Shown: piece after piece, positions 44,729 to 56,849 of the stretch
Layout: each line of letters begins with the position of its first letter
How positions within the stretch are numbered: the stretch's first letter is position 1
Assembly: GCA_965112735.1 (NCBI GenBank)
Contig: OZ218962.1
Span: 1,798,001 to 1,862,000 of the forward strand
DNA: 64,000 nucleotides
Direction of reading: 5' to 3'
Source of the DNA: Phaeosaccion multiseriatum
Taxonomy: Eukaryota > Protista > Ochrophyta, other classes
Made by a program: the position numbers and the translations under genes
Notes under the pieces: model-generated
Told to the model about the DNA's origin: nothing
The model's database searches: none
What the model saw: only the letters and a program-made list of their open reading frames with translations

Positions 44729-47700
44729 AGTCAGTCAGTGGGACAGTTAGTCAGTCAGTCAGTCAGTCAGTCAGTCAGTCAGTCAGTCAGTCAGTCAGTC
44801 AGTCAGTCAGTCAGCCAGTCAGTCAGTCAGTCAGTCAGTCAGTCAGTCAGCCAGTCAGTCAGTCAGTCAGTCAGCCAGTCACTCAGTCACTCAGTCACTC
44901 AGTCACTCAGTCAGTCAGTCAGTCGGTCCGTCTGTCTGTCTGTCAGTCAGTCAGTCAGTCAGTCAGTTTATCCCTCAAGTCTCTTAGTCAGTGTTGAGGT
45001 CAAGCAAAACACATCCCCTCAACTCCCTCCCCTCTCTACAGCTACGGCGCCTAACAAGTGCTCAACAAATGCTTGACACTTTGCTTGACAAGTGTAGAGT
45101 GTACAGAGCCCTCAGCCACAAGGAGTGCCCTCTCTCACCTGCGTGCGATCGGAAAAGTCAGAAGACTCGTCATCGTCCTCCTCCTCCTCCTCTTCCCCCT
45201 CCTCCTCCTCGTCCTCGTCCTCGTCCTCCTCCTCGTCGTCGTCTTCTTCCTCTTCCTCCTCCTCGCCCCCGTCGTCCTCCACTTCTTCCTTGCTGTGCTC
45301 ACTGCCACTGCTGCCCCTCCTATCCGACACCTTTCTAGTCTTGCTGGAAGAAGCGACTTGACTCTTGGCCTCTACTCCAGAGTCCTTCTTTCGGTCGAGT
45401 ATGGTCTTGGTCCGCTGCGGGAGGGAGGAATGACCCCCGAGTAACAGCAAGGGACAGAGAGAGGGAGATGGAGTGGGAGAGGGAGGGAGAGGGAGAGGGA
45501 GAGGGAGAGGGAGAGGGAGAGCAACAGCGTAAGGGCAAAGCATCAGAGAAGTGTAAGTAGATGAAGATGAAGGCCAGCAAGGTCGGGATGAAAGACGGGT
45601 TGGAAAGAACGGGTCTCCTCCTCCTCCTCCTCCTCCTCCTCCTCCTCCTCCTCCTCCTCCTCCTCCTCCTCCTCCTCCTCCTCATCCTGCTCCTCCTCCT
45701 CCTCCTCCTCCTCCTCCTCCTCCTCCTCCTCCTCCTCCTCCTCCTCCTCCTCCTCTCCTCCTCCTCCTCCTCCTCCTCCTCCTTCTCCTCCTCCTCCTCC
45801 TCCTCCTCCTCCTCCTCCTCCTCCATCTCCCCTTCTTCTTCCTCCTACTCTTCTTCTCACTGTCTTTCCCACCCCCGCCCCCCCTCCACCCTCCCACCAT
45901 CCCACCGCCCCCCCCCCCCCCCCCCCCCCTGTTGGCCTACCTGCAGTGTCTGCCGAAGCGCATCGCAGCGATGTGCTGCCACCTCCAGCTCCGCCTCCAG
46001 CTCCTCCTCTCGCAGGTGAAGGCACTCATCCTCTCCTTCTCCGCCGTCGGAGTCTCCAGACCCTCCCCATCTACTGCCATCCTCGCTGTCCGAGGAGAAG
46101 CCCCCCCCCCCTCCATCACTCTCATCCCCCCCTTCTCCTCCTCGTCCTCGTCCGCCTTGTCCTCCTCCTCCTCCTCCTCGTCGTCGTCCTCCGCGGCGTG
46201 GGGTCACACCTTCCCACTCATTCTCATCGCTACTACTGTCGCCGCTGTCCTTTCCTCCTCCGCGCCTCGAACCCCTCGCTCTTGGAGTGGACTCGTCTGT
46301 GTCGGTCTCACCCCCCCTGTCCCTCCTGCCCTCCTCCTTCCCTGCCCCTCCTCCTCCTCCTCCTCTCCCTCCTCCCAGGGCAGCCATACCCTCGATCGAA
46401 GGCACGCCATTTCTCAGCGCCCGCACACCCACACCCGAAGAAGGAACCGCAGCAGCCCCTGCAGCACCTGAAACAAGAGGAGGAGGCATATCTCCTCCTC
46501 CTCCTCCTCCTCCTCCTCCTCCTCCTCCTCCTCCTCCTCCTCCTCCTCTGCCGAACCTCCCCACCGCCTCGTCTAGTTTGGCCCTCAACTCCTCCCCGTC
46601 CATGGGCCCCCGCTCCTGCCGTGAAAGGATCCTTCCCCTCTCCCTCTCCCTCTCCCTCTCCCTCTCCTTGTCTCTCTCCTTGCTGTCTCTGCGGTCTCGG
46701 TCGGAAGAGGCCGTCGCTACTGCAGCAGCCCCCGACTGCGGGGTCTTGCTTCCTCTGTCCACTCCTCCTCTTCCTCCTCCTCGGGGTGGAGTCTCGCTTC
46801 CGGCAGCTGCAGCAGCAGCAGCGGCAGTGGCGGCAGTAGCAGCCGCAGCAGTAGCCGCAACGGCAGCTGAGCTCAGGTATTGGTCCCTCTGCTTGCGATT
46901 GGCACCCTCGCGGTGGCGCTGATTCTCTTCTGCTGCGTGGCGCAGCTGCTGCAGCCTTAGGGCCTCCTCACGATCTTGGCGCTCCCTGTGAGGGACAGAG
47001 GGAGGGAGAGAGAGAGAGGAAGGGGGGGAGAGGGAAGGAGGGGGGGGGGGATTTCGACAGTTCATGACCGTACGTAGGTGAGAGAAGTGGGGAAGGGGAG
47101 GAGCAGCAATGCCCAAGGAGAGATGGCAGTGGAGGAGTGAAGGGATGGCAGTGGAGGAGTGAAGGGATGGCAGTGGGTGTGCCGCACAGTCCGACCGACG
47201 CCGAAAGAGGAAACGAAGCCACCGAAGGGCGCGTGCCTGACTGCTCCGGGGGCAGAGAAGGAAGTGAAAGTTTCTTCGCTCCATGACATTTCTCTCCACG
47301 CTCCTTCTTCTCTGTATCCCTCCCTCCCTCCCTCCCTCCCTCCCTCCCTCCCTCACTCACTCACTCACTCACTCTCTCCCCCCCCTCCCTCCCTCCCTCC
47401 CTCCCTCCCTCCCTCCCTCCGTCCGTATGTGCGTGTGTGTGTCCCACCTCTTGGAAGCCATGACTCGGTCCCTCGCTGACAGGGGCTGAGGCTGAAGGTA
47501 CGACGGCGTAGCCTCCCTGCCCCCCTTGTCCTCTCTGTCCGCAGATCGGCGTTGCTCAGCCACTCCACCGTCCAGGCTGCAGAGAGCATCCCCATCCACA
47601 TAATGATTTATTGATTCCAGCACAGAATGATTTATTGATTCCAGCACAGAATGATTTATTGATTCCAGCACAGAATGATTTTGTCGCGCAGAAGCATCCA

Positions 47701-49756
47701 CAGAGCGGACCCAACGCAGCACAGCACAACACAACAGAAAGCAGTGTCAGGGGGGGGAGGAAGCGAGCGCGCACGTAGGTAGGTAGGCAGGTAGGTAGGT
47801 AGGTAGGAAGATAGGAAGGTAGGTAGGTAGGTAGGCAAGTAGGTAGGTAGGTAGGAAGGTAGGTAGGTAGGAAGGTAGGTAGGTAGGTAGGTAGGTAGAA
47901 AGTAAGTAGGAAGGAAGGAGGTAGGTAGGTAGGAAGGTAGGTAGGTAGGTAGGTAGGAAGGTATGTAGGAAAGTAGGTAGGTAGGAAGGCAGGAAGGTAG
48001 GTAGGTAGGAAGGAAGGTAGGTAGGTAGGTAGGTAGGTAGGAAGGTAGGAAGGTAGGTAGGTAGGTAGGTAGGTAGGTAGGTAGGTAGGTAGGTAGGTAG
48101 GGAGGGAGGGAGGGAGGGAGGGAGGGAGGGAGGGAGGGAGGGAGGGAGGGAGGGAGGGAGGGGAGGAAGGAAGGAAGGAAGGGAGGGAGGGAGGGAGGGA
48201 CGGAGGGAGACGACGCAACAGTCTTGTACAAGAGACACTGAGCCGCCCCTCGCTCGCCCATCCACTGCCATAATGCTATCCACTGCCACTGCCATCGCGG
48301 TCTTCTCCTTACCTCTCGCGCCGGCGAAGCGGCACCACCACGGCTCCTCCTGCCCCGAGGGGAGATCCTGCCACGCTGCTGCGCCGCTCCCTACCGAGGC
48401 GAGGCTGACGGTGTGGCAATGAGCCGAGATGGTAGTGGATGGCAGTGGATGGTAGTGGATGGGAGAGACAGGAGAGAGGGTAAGGCAGAGGGAGAGGGAG
48501 AGGAAGAGGGAGAGAGAGAGAGGGAGAGAGACAAGAGAGACAGAGAGAGACACTCGTCAGCATCAGCATCCATTCGTCAACCCTCACACCTCAACACCCC
48601 CCTCCCCCCCCCCCCACCATCCACCGCCATCTACTGCCATCCACTTCCATCCCCATCTGAGCCCCTGTACCCCCTGGAGAGACCCCTCGACGCTGTTGCT
48701 TGCGATGCTTACCTTCGCCTCCGCTCTCTGCCCCTCCCCACCGACAGCCGCAGAGTGCGCAGAAGCAGCCACAGAAGCGGCTCCAGGAGACCCATCGCTC
48801 CCCTTCGCGGTGCTGCGCTCACTCGCACCACCACCACCACCACCACCACCACCACCACCACCATTACTATCTTTGCTTTCTGCTATGCGCTGCCGCTCTC
48901 TCTCTCTCCTGTGTTCTCGGAGCCGCTGCCGCTCCTCCATTTTACGATCTAACTCAATCTTGTCCTGATTGGTTGGTTGGTTGGTCGGTTGGTCGGTTGG
49001 TTGGTACACGGGAGAGGGGGGGGGGGAGGGGCGACGTACAACGAATCAGGTGGAGGGAGGAAAGGGAAGGCAGTGGATGGGGGGAGATGCTCACTGAGAA
49101 ACTTCACTGAGAGACTTGGGGGAGAGGGGCAGGACGTTACAGAACAAAGAGAGAGGGCGCGCAAGACAGGCAAGACCATCTGCTGGCAGGGCAGAGAGAA
49201 GGGGAAGGAGGAGTAAGAGCGAGAGGGAGAGGGAGGAAGGAAGGAAGGAGGAGAGGAAGAGGCTGTGATAGGATGCTCCGTTTCTTCCTTCCTTCCTTCC
49301 TTTACCTCTCGGAGTTTGTTCTGCTCCTCCTTCTGTCGCTCTCTCTCTCGCGCTCGTTGCTGCTCCCGGCGGGTGATGTCTTCTCTCGCCTGGGGAGGAG
49401 GGGGAGAGAGCGAGAGGGAGAAAGGGGAGGGAGAGAGGGAGAGAGGGCGAGAGAGTGAGAGTGAGAGAGAGAGGGAGAGAGAGGGAGAGAGAGTGATAGA
49501 GAGGGGGAGTAAGAGAGAGAGAGGGAGAGGGAGAGAGAGGGAGAGAGGGAGATAGAGAGGGGGAGTAAGAAAGAGAGGGAGAGAGGGAGAGAGAGGGGGA
49601 GAAAGAGAGAGAGGGGGAGTAAGAGAGAGTGTATGTGCGTATGCGAGAGTGGCAGAAGGAGGGGTGGGGTAAAGGGGCTGCACGCAAGGACCCATGGGAG
49701 GGGAGGGAGGGAAGTATAATGGGGAAGGGGGAGCTAAAGCAGCAGGCGAGGGTGAT

Positions 49757-49791
<35 letters not shown>

Positions 49792-52634
49792 TGGTGATAA
49801 AGGAGCAGGTCGCGCTGCCGCCGCAGTTGGTGATACAGCAACACCTCACCTTGTCGGCCGCTCTCCGCCTGGCGACGGCCTCGTCTGCCACACGCACGGC
49901 ACCAGCTCTTTCCGCTCGTTCCGCTCTCTCTGCTCTATCGGCCCTTCCGTACCCGCCCATCGCTCCTCCTTGCCCCCCCTGGGCCCCTTGCCCCTGCTGC
50001 TGTTCGAATTTGTCGAGCTCTCGCACCCTCCTCCGGTCCGACGCCAAGTCTGTCTCTCGGCGCTCTTATAGACATAGGATACAGTAGGCAGGCATACGGG
50101 CATACGGGTATATGGGTAGACGGGCATAAGAGCATACAGGCACACAGGCACACAGGCATACAGGCATACAGGCATACAGGCATACGGGCATACGGGCATA
50201 CAGGCATACGGGCATACGGGCATACAGGCATACAGGCATACAGGCATACGGGCATACAGGCATACAGGCATACAGGCATACAGGCATACAGGCATACGGG
50301 CATACGGGCATACAGGCATACGGGCATACGGGCATACAGGCATACAGGCACATGTGCATACGGGCATACAGCCATACGGGCATACAGGCATACAGGCATG
50401 CAGGCATACAGGTATGTAGGCATACAGCCATACAGGCATACAGGCATACAGGCATACAGGCATACAGGCATACGGGCATAGGGGCATAACAGGTATGCAG
50501 GCACACAGGCATACAGGCATACAGGCATACAGGCATACAGGCATACAGGCATACGGGCATACGGGTAGGCGAGCAGGCATTCAGGTAAAGTTGCTGATGA
50601 CACGCACGCCGGGAGATGGGGCCGTGAGGCAGTGGCAAGGCACCAAGGTCCAGTTGCGGTTCTCAGTTTGCAGTTCGAGTGTCAAGCTCCTCCTCTCCCT
50701 CCCTCCTCTCCCTCCCTCATCCCTCCCTCCCTCCCTCCCTCCCTCCTTCCCTCCTTCCCTCCAACCCACTTCTCATCCCTCACCTTCGCTCCGCCGCTGC
50801 CTGTAAGGAGGCACCGCTGCTATTGCACCGATCGCCACAGCAGAGGGGCGACGTAAATCGCTCTGCAAGGGTGTAACCGTCAAAGAGGGGCCAAGGGCGT
50901 AACCGTCAAAGAGGGGCCAAGGGCGGTTACGTACGAGGGAAGGGGGGGGGGGAAGAGATGATGGGGAGAGCTTTTATGCACACCCGCTTCATGTAGAGAC
51001 GAACGCAATGGTTTTGCTGTTGGATCTCGTACTCACTCAGACACTCAATCACTCACTCACTCCCTCACTCTTCATCACTCACTCACTCACTCACTCACTC
51101 ACTCACTCACTCACTCACTCACTCACTCACTCACTCACTCACTCACTTTGACTCACTCATTCACTCACTCACTCACTCACTCACTCACTCACTTACTCAC
51201 TCACTTACTCACTCACTCACTCACTCACGCACTCACTCACTCACTCACTCACTCACTCACTCACTCACTCACTCACTCACTCACTCACTCACTCACTCAC
51301 TCACTCACTCACTCACTCACTCACTCGCTCACTCACTCACTCACTCACTCACTCACTCACTCACTCACTCACTCACTCACTCACTCACTCACTCACCGCT
51401 TTGCGTCGAATGTTGGGCTGCGAGGGCGACACCCCAAGCTGCTTCTCAAGCCGACTCTCCCTCCCCTCCCTCCCCTCCCTGCCCTCTCTGCCCTCTTGTG
51501 GCGACCCCCCTAGGGCCGCTACTCCTTCTCCATTGCTGTCTCTGTCTCTGTCTCTATCCACCCCGCCTGCCCGACCGCCGTTCTCAGACCGGTCTTCTTC
51601 CTTCGCTTCCCTTCGGTCTCTGGACCTCCGCTGCGACTCGCGTTGAGGAACGGCCCTCCCGTCCACTGCCATCCCCTCTCCTCTCGCCCCTCCCCCTCCT
51701 CCTGCTGCTGCATCCCCCCCAAGCCCTGATGCCCTGCTATCGTAGCTCGCTCTACTACTTGCCCTGCTGCCTCCTCCTTCTCTCTGTGCCCCCCTCTCCT
51801 CCCTTTGGACCGCCACGGAGCTCTTCACCACCTCTCCACGCGGGCTCGCTCCTCTGCCGGGCGCGGGCCTCGGCGGCTGCTGCTGCTGCTGTACCACCAA
51901 CTTGTGCTGCTGCGGCGGTGGATCAGGAAGCTTGTGACGTATCCGCTTGCGCTCCTCTCTCTCACTGCGAAGGCGGGCGAGCGCCTGTTTTTTTGGGGGG
52001 GGGGGGGGCACGGCAGTGGATGGCAGTGGATGGCAGTGAATGGCAGTGGATGTCAGTGGATGGGACGGTGGCAGGGCTGAATGAAGGGCTCGTTGTAGTG
52101 CTGCCCGCACTGTTTCACTCACTCACTCACTGACTCACTCACTGACTTACCGACTCCACGGCCTTCTTTCTGTCCTCCTCTCTCCGCAGCGCGCTGGCCT
52201 GTTCCTTCGCCACCTGACAGCGGGTACCAGTGAGAGTTGTCGGGATACACACACACGCACACACACACGCACACACACACGCACAGGGAAGGAGGCGGTC
52301 AGGGTCCACGAAGAAGAAAGGCCGTGGACGAGTGTAGTCACTCGACTTCGGCTTTTCCCTCTCTGTCCCCTCCCTCCCTTCCGTCCCTCCCTCTCCTGCT
52401 CACCTTCATCGCCCCCTTCGCCGAGGTCGGTCGCATCGCCTCGGGGGGAGGAGCCAACGCCTTGGCGACGACTCCGTGAAGACCCAAGTCCTCCATCTGC
52501 CTTTTCAGCCCCTGTACCTCTCGGTGGTTCCTATCCACTCGGTCGAAGAATTCTGCGGAAGGCCCCACTCCTCTTCCTCCGCCGCCCCCCTGGGCTTCGG
52601 CTACCATGTTGACTGCTGCGGCTTTGACCTGTTG

Positions 52635-52691
<57 letters not shown>

Positions 52692-52735
52692 GGAGGAGAA
52701 GGAGGAGAGGATGATCAGGATGATCAGGATGGTGT

Positions 52736-52768
<33 letters not shown>

Positions 52769-52815
52769 GGAGGAGGAGAAGGAGGAGAGGATGATCAGGA
52801 TGATCAGGATGGTGT

Positions 52816-52848
<33 letters not shown>

Positions 52849-52904
52849 GGAGGAGGAGAAGGAGGAGAGGATGATCAGGATGATCAGGATGATCAGGATG
52901 GTGT

Positions 52905-52949
<45 letters not shown>

Positions 52950-55900
52950 GGAGGAGAGGATGATCAGGATGATCAGGATGATCAGGATGGTGTTGATGAT
53001 TGATGCAAGTGCAAGTGCAAGTGCGCATGAGAATAAGTACGCACGCAGACAGGCAGACCGGCAGACAGGCAGACAGGCAGACCGCAGGCATATGGACGGG
53101 CAGGCGCACAAGAGAGGGGGTGGGGGAGGACGCTCACAGTCCTGAGCTGAGCTGAGCTGAGCGGAGCTGAAGGGACTGGTTTGATTTGCTGCTTTGCTCT
53201 GACTCAGTGCTTGACAGCACGGCTGAGGAGGAGGAGGAGGAGGAGGAGGAGGAGGAGGAGGAGGAGGAGGAGAATCGGGGTGTCGTCGCCATCCTCGTCG
53301 GGAAGACGGAAAGGGAGAAGAGAGAGGAGGAGGACACACACACGTACACACATACACACAAACAAACACACACAAACCATCCCCACCCAACCGCACACCC
53401 CCCACCTCTCACACACCGCAAACTTCCACACACCCGCACCTCCAACCCAAAACTCAAACTCAAACTCTAATTCACAAATGACAACGCTCCCAACCTCCCA
53501 AAACTCACAGACAACCAAGACAACCAACTCACCACCATGGTCCCTTCTCCGATGGCGGCGTCCCCTCTCTGGGCAATGTCGGCAAGGAAGTTCTGGATGT
53601 GCTTCTTGATGAATGGCAGTTTCAGAATGACGTCAAGGTCGGGTCTCTGCGTCGGGGTGGTGCTGAGCATGCGGGTGATGAGGTCACGCAGAGGAGCGCT
53701 GTACTTGCTGTGCACAGCGGGGTATCTGGTGTCGGGTCGGGATAGAGGGTTACAGGTGGCGGTTACAGCGGAACAGGGTGTCAGGTTATAACATGTTACG
53801 TAGTGGTAAGTAAGTAGCAATATGGATACATGGTAGCAAAGAAGATGGAAAGTAAACGTAAAAAAATAAGTAGGCAGGCAGGTAGGCCGGCAGGCAGGCA
53901 GGCAGGCAGGCACATGCGTAGGCATACGGGAAGGAGACAGAGGACCTCTCCTCCGCCCCCTTGTCCGTCCCACTCCGCTGCCCATATGCCTCTCACTAGC
54001 GAGAGGTCCTGTCCGACTGCCTATATGCCTCCATCCTATCTTCGCTCTCACCTCCCCTTGATGATCTTGCCGGCCAGACCTGAGAGAGAGAGAGAGAGAG
54101 TGCGGTCAAGGCGAAGGAGGGGTACGAAGGGGATAGCAGTGGATGGAGGGGCACGAAGGGGATGGCAGTGGATGGAGGGGCACGAAGGCGATGGCAGTGA
54201 ATGGAGGGGCACGAAGGCGATGGCAGTGAATGGAGGGGCACGAAGGGGATGGAAGGGACGCGTGTCAAGGGAGCAAAACTTGATTGAATCACTGTCACTT
54301 TGCTACCCCCCTCCTCCATCCACTGCCATCCCTACCTCCCACCCGGACGGGTGTTAAGGAAGTGAAACTAGATTGAATCACTGTCACTTTGCACAGGATA
54401 TCCCCCCCCCCTTCACCCCTCCATCCACTGCCATATCCTCCCCCCCACCCACCGTTGAGCGAGTTGGCATCAAAGGCGTGATTGAGTGTAACCATCTCAT
54501 ACAAGACGCATCCAAGGGCCCAAATGTCGCTCTTGTGATTGTATGGCTTGTTTTGGAATATCTCTGGCGACATGTAATACGGGGTACCGATGCACGTGCT
54601 GGCAAAGTCCATGGTGCCTTCCAGGACCTGGCGGGACGAGGGGGAGGGGAGGGAGGGAGGGAGGGAGGGAGGTAGGTAGGTAGGTAGGTAGGGAGGGAGG
54701 GAGGGGGAATGGGTGGCGGTTGGCAGGAGAGTGGATGAGAGAGAGAGAGACAGCCATACAGCACTGCTTCCTGCGTCCTCTCTCCTGCCGAAGGTCACCG
54801 AAACGTAACCACTACGTCACCCACCGTCACCTCACGTGACCTTACGTCACCCCCCCCCCATACCCTCACGTAACTAACCCTCTCCCTGCCTACACCCACC
54901 TTGCTGATACCCAAGTCTCCAAGCACGAGCCGCCCGTTGCCCAGGAGGAAGATGTTCTGCGTCTTGAGGTCTCTGTGTAGAACCCTTCCGGAGTGCATGT
55001 AGTGAAGGCCCAGAGCCATTTGCACGAACCAGTGCAGCACCTGCTTGCAGGGACGGCAGTGGATGGGATGGGAGGGGAGGGGAGGGGGGAGGGGGATGGT
55101 AGTGGATGGCAGATGGTAGTGGATGGCAGTGGATGGCAGTGAAAGGGGGAGGGTGAGGGGGTTAAGGATCAGGGCAGGCTTGGGGTAAGGGCAGGGGAGG
55201 AGGAGGGCGCGACAGACCGTCTATATACCTTGCCTGCCAATGCCTGCTCGTCTCTGACTGACTGATGCCTGACTGACTGGTTGACTGACTGCCTGCCTGC
55301 CTGCCTGACTCACTAAAGCACTACTGACACACCTTACTCTCCGCGAAGAGCCTCCGCTTGGCACTCTTGATGAGTCCGGCCAAGTCACCACCGTCGCAGT
55401 ACTCCATGACAATGCACAAGCAATCCTTGCGGGGCGTCAGGAACGAGTCCTTGTACGATACTATATTGGGGTGAGACAGCCTAATAGAGGGGCGTGGGGG
55501 GGGGGATGGCAGTGGATGCGGGGGGGATGGTAAGTTGGTGGGGGGGATGGCAGTGGAGGGGGGAGGGGTGAGGAACGAGTCCTTGTACGACACTTTGTTG
55601 AGGCAAGACAGCCAGCCTAATGAGGGGGGGGTGGATGGCAGTGGATGGCAGTGGATAGGTGGGGGCGGTTGCTGGTAGTTGGGATGGCAGTGGAGGGATA
55701 GGGCGTCAAGAACAACCCTTGATGTGTACGAGTAGCGATAAGGATGTGTTGGGAGCAGTGATGATCAAATGCAGTCCTCTGACCGCCGAAGGAATGAACG
55801 AATGGAATGCATGGTGTCTGCTCTGCTCCTGCTCGTGCCCCATCCCACGGATACGGGTATAACAGGGATGTGTGCACGTGAGGCTCCGACGCACGCACAT

Positions 55901-56138
55901 ACCCACCCACCACGACGCGGCACAAACCCACACACGCACGCACGCACGCACCCCACACACATACTCACCGCTTGAGCAGCTCCACCTCCGTTCGGCACGC
56001 CTCCCTTTCCTTCTTGGGAATGTCCCTGATCTTGATGACCTTGACGCACACGAGCTGACGGGCTTGTCGGTGCCGCATCAGGTACACCTTGCCAAAGCTT
56101 CCCTCCCCCAGGACCTTAATACGGTCATACTTCTCCAT
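43099..56138 (-). CDS. NIMA-related kinase (NEK1/4-like) with long coiled-coil/low-complexity tail, many exons
   Basis: [75 protein letters not shown]-type C-terminus [14 protein letters not shown]...AY and LIDQLIFIE. Stop at 43099-43101. Confidence 0.9.
44420..44965. repeat. (GTCA)n intronic microsatellite
   Basis: Directly visible. Confidence 0.95.
47602..47680. repeat. 24-bp tandem repeat AATGATTTATTGATTCCAGCACAG x3
   Basis: Directly visible in a NEK intron. Confidence 0.9.
47775..48200. repeat. (GGTA)n/(GGGA)n intronic microsatellite
   Basis: Directly visible. Confidence 0.95.
50087..50582. repeat. 8-bp (RGGCATAC)n intronic satellite
   Basis: Directly visible. Confidence 0.95.
51030..51396. 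repeat. (ACTC)n microsatellite running from a NEK donor site, (GAGT)n in sense
   Basis: Directly visible. The same GTGAGT-seeded repeat occurs at 657-792 and 52115-52145. Confidence 0.95.
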
Positions 56139-56849
56139 ATGTAGTGTATCTCTCCCTCCTCTCCTCCTCCTCCTCCTCCTCCTCCTCCTCCTCCCTCCTC
56201 CTCGTCTTGCTCTGGGCGGCCGTCGCTGCCCCACTCAGCGCCCCAGATCCTTCTTCCCTCTCTCTAAGGTTAGAATACAGACCAAGCTAGTCCCAAGTCG
56301 GCCCGTTGTCACTACACTGACTGTAGAATCGTGAAGGTCAGACTCCCGAGGGAGGCACACTGCTCCACGAAGAACAAGGGAGGGGGCGGGGAAGGGAGGA
56401 AGACGAAGAGGGTGAGGGCATTGAGCAGCAGCAGTAGCAGCAGGAGCAGGAGTCGTAGAGAAAGCAGCAGGGGTGAGGCATCGGGAAAGGGTCGTAATGA
56501 GTGAAGGTTTTGCCGCTGCTTTGCAATCTCTACAGCATAAATAAGACCGCGGTGAGCGAAGGAGTAGGAGGGAAAAGAGAGGGACGGATGGCAATTTGAG
56601 TCCACCTAGCTCACCAAGACTGAGCTGCGACGCACCAGACAGAGAGGTTCATATGGTCTCGTCCACAGGTGTCGTTGAGAGCACAGCCTCAGCAGCAGCA
56701 GACTCTCAAACACAGATCCAGGAATAGAGCAGCCAAGCAAGCAAAAGCGAATCCGTTAGCCGTATCACAAATGGCGAACGCTTCCCATGTGGTTCTCCAG
56801 AGAGAGAGAGCTCGGACAAAGCCTTCATTTTGTTTTGCCTCCTCATTAA
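56139..56849. promoter_or_regulatory. Probable bidirectional promoter region between the NEK-like and APEH-like genes
   Basis: Head-to-head ATGs ~710 bp apart. No specific element identified. Confidence 0.4.
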
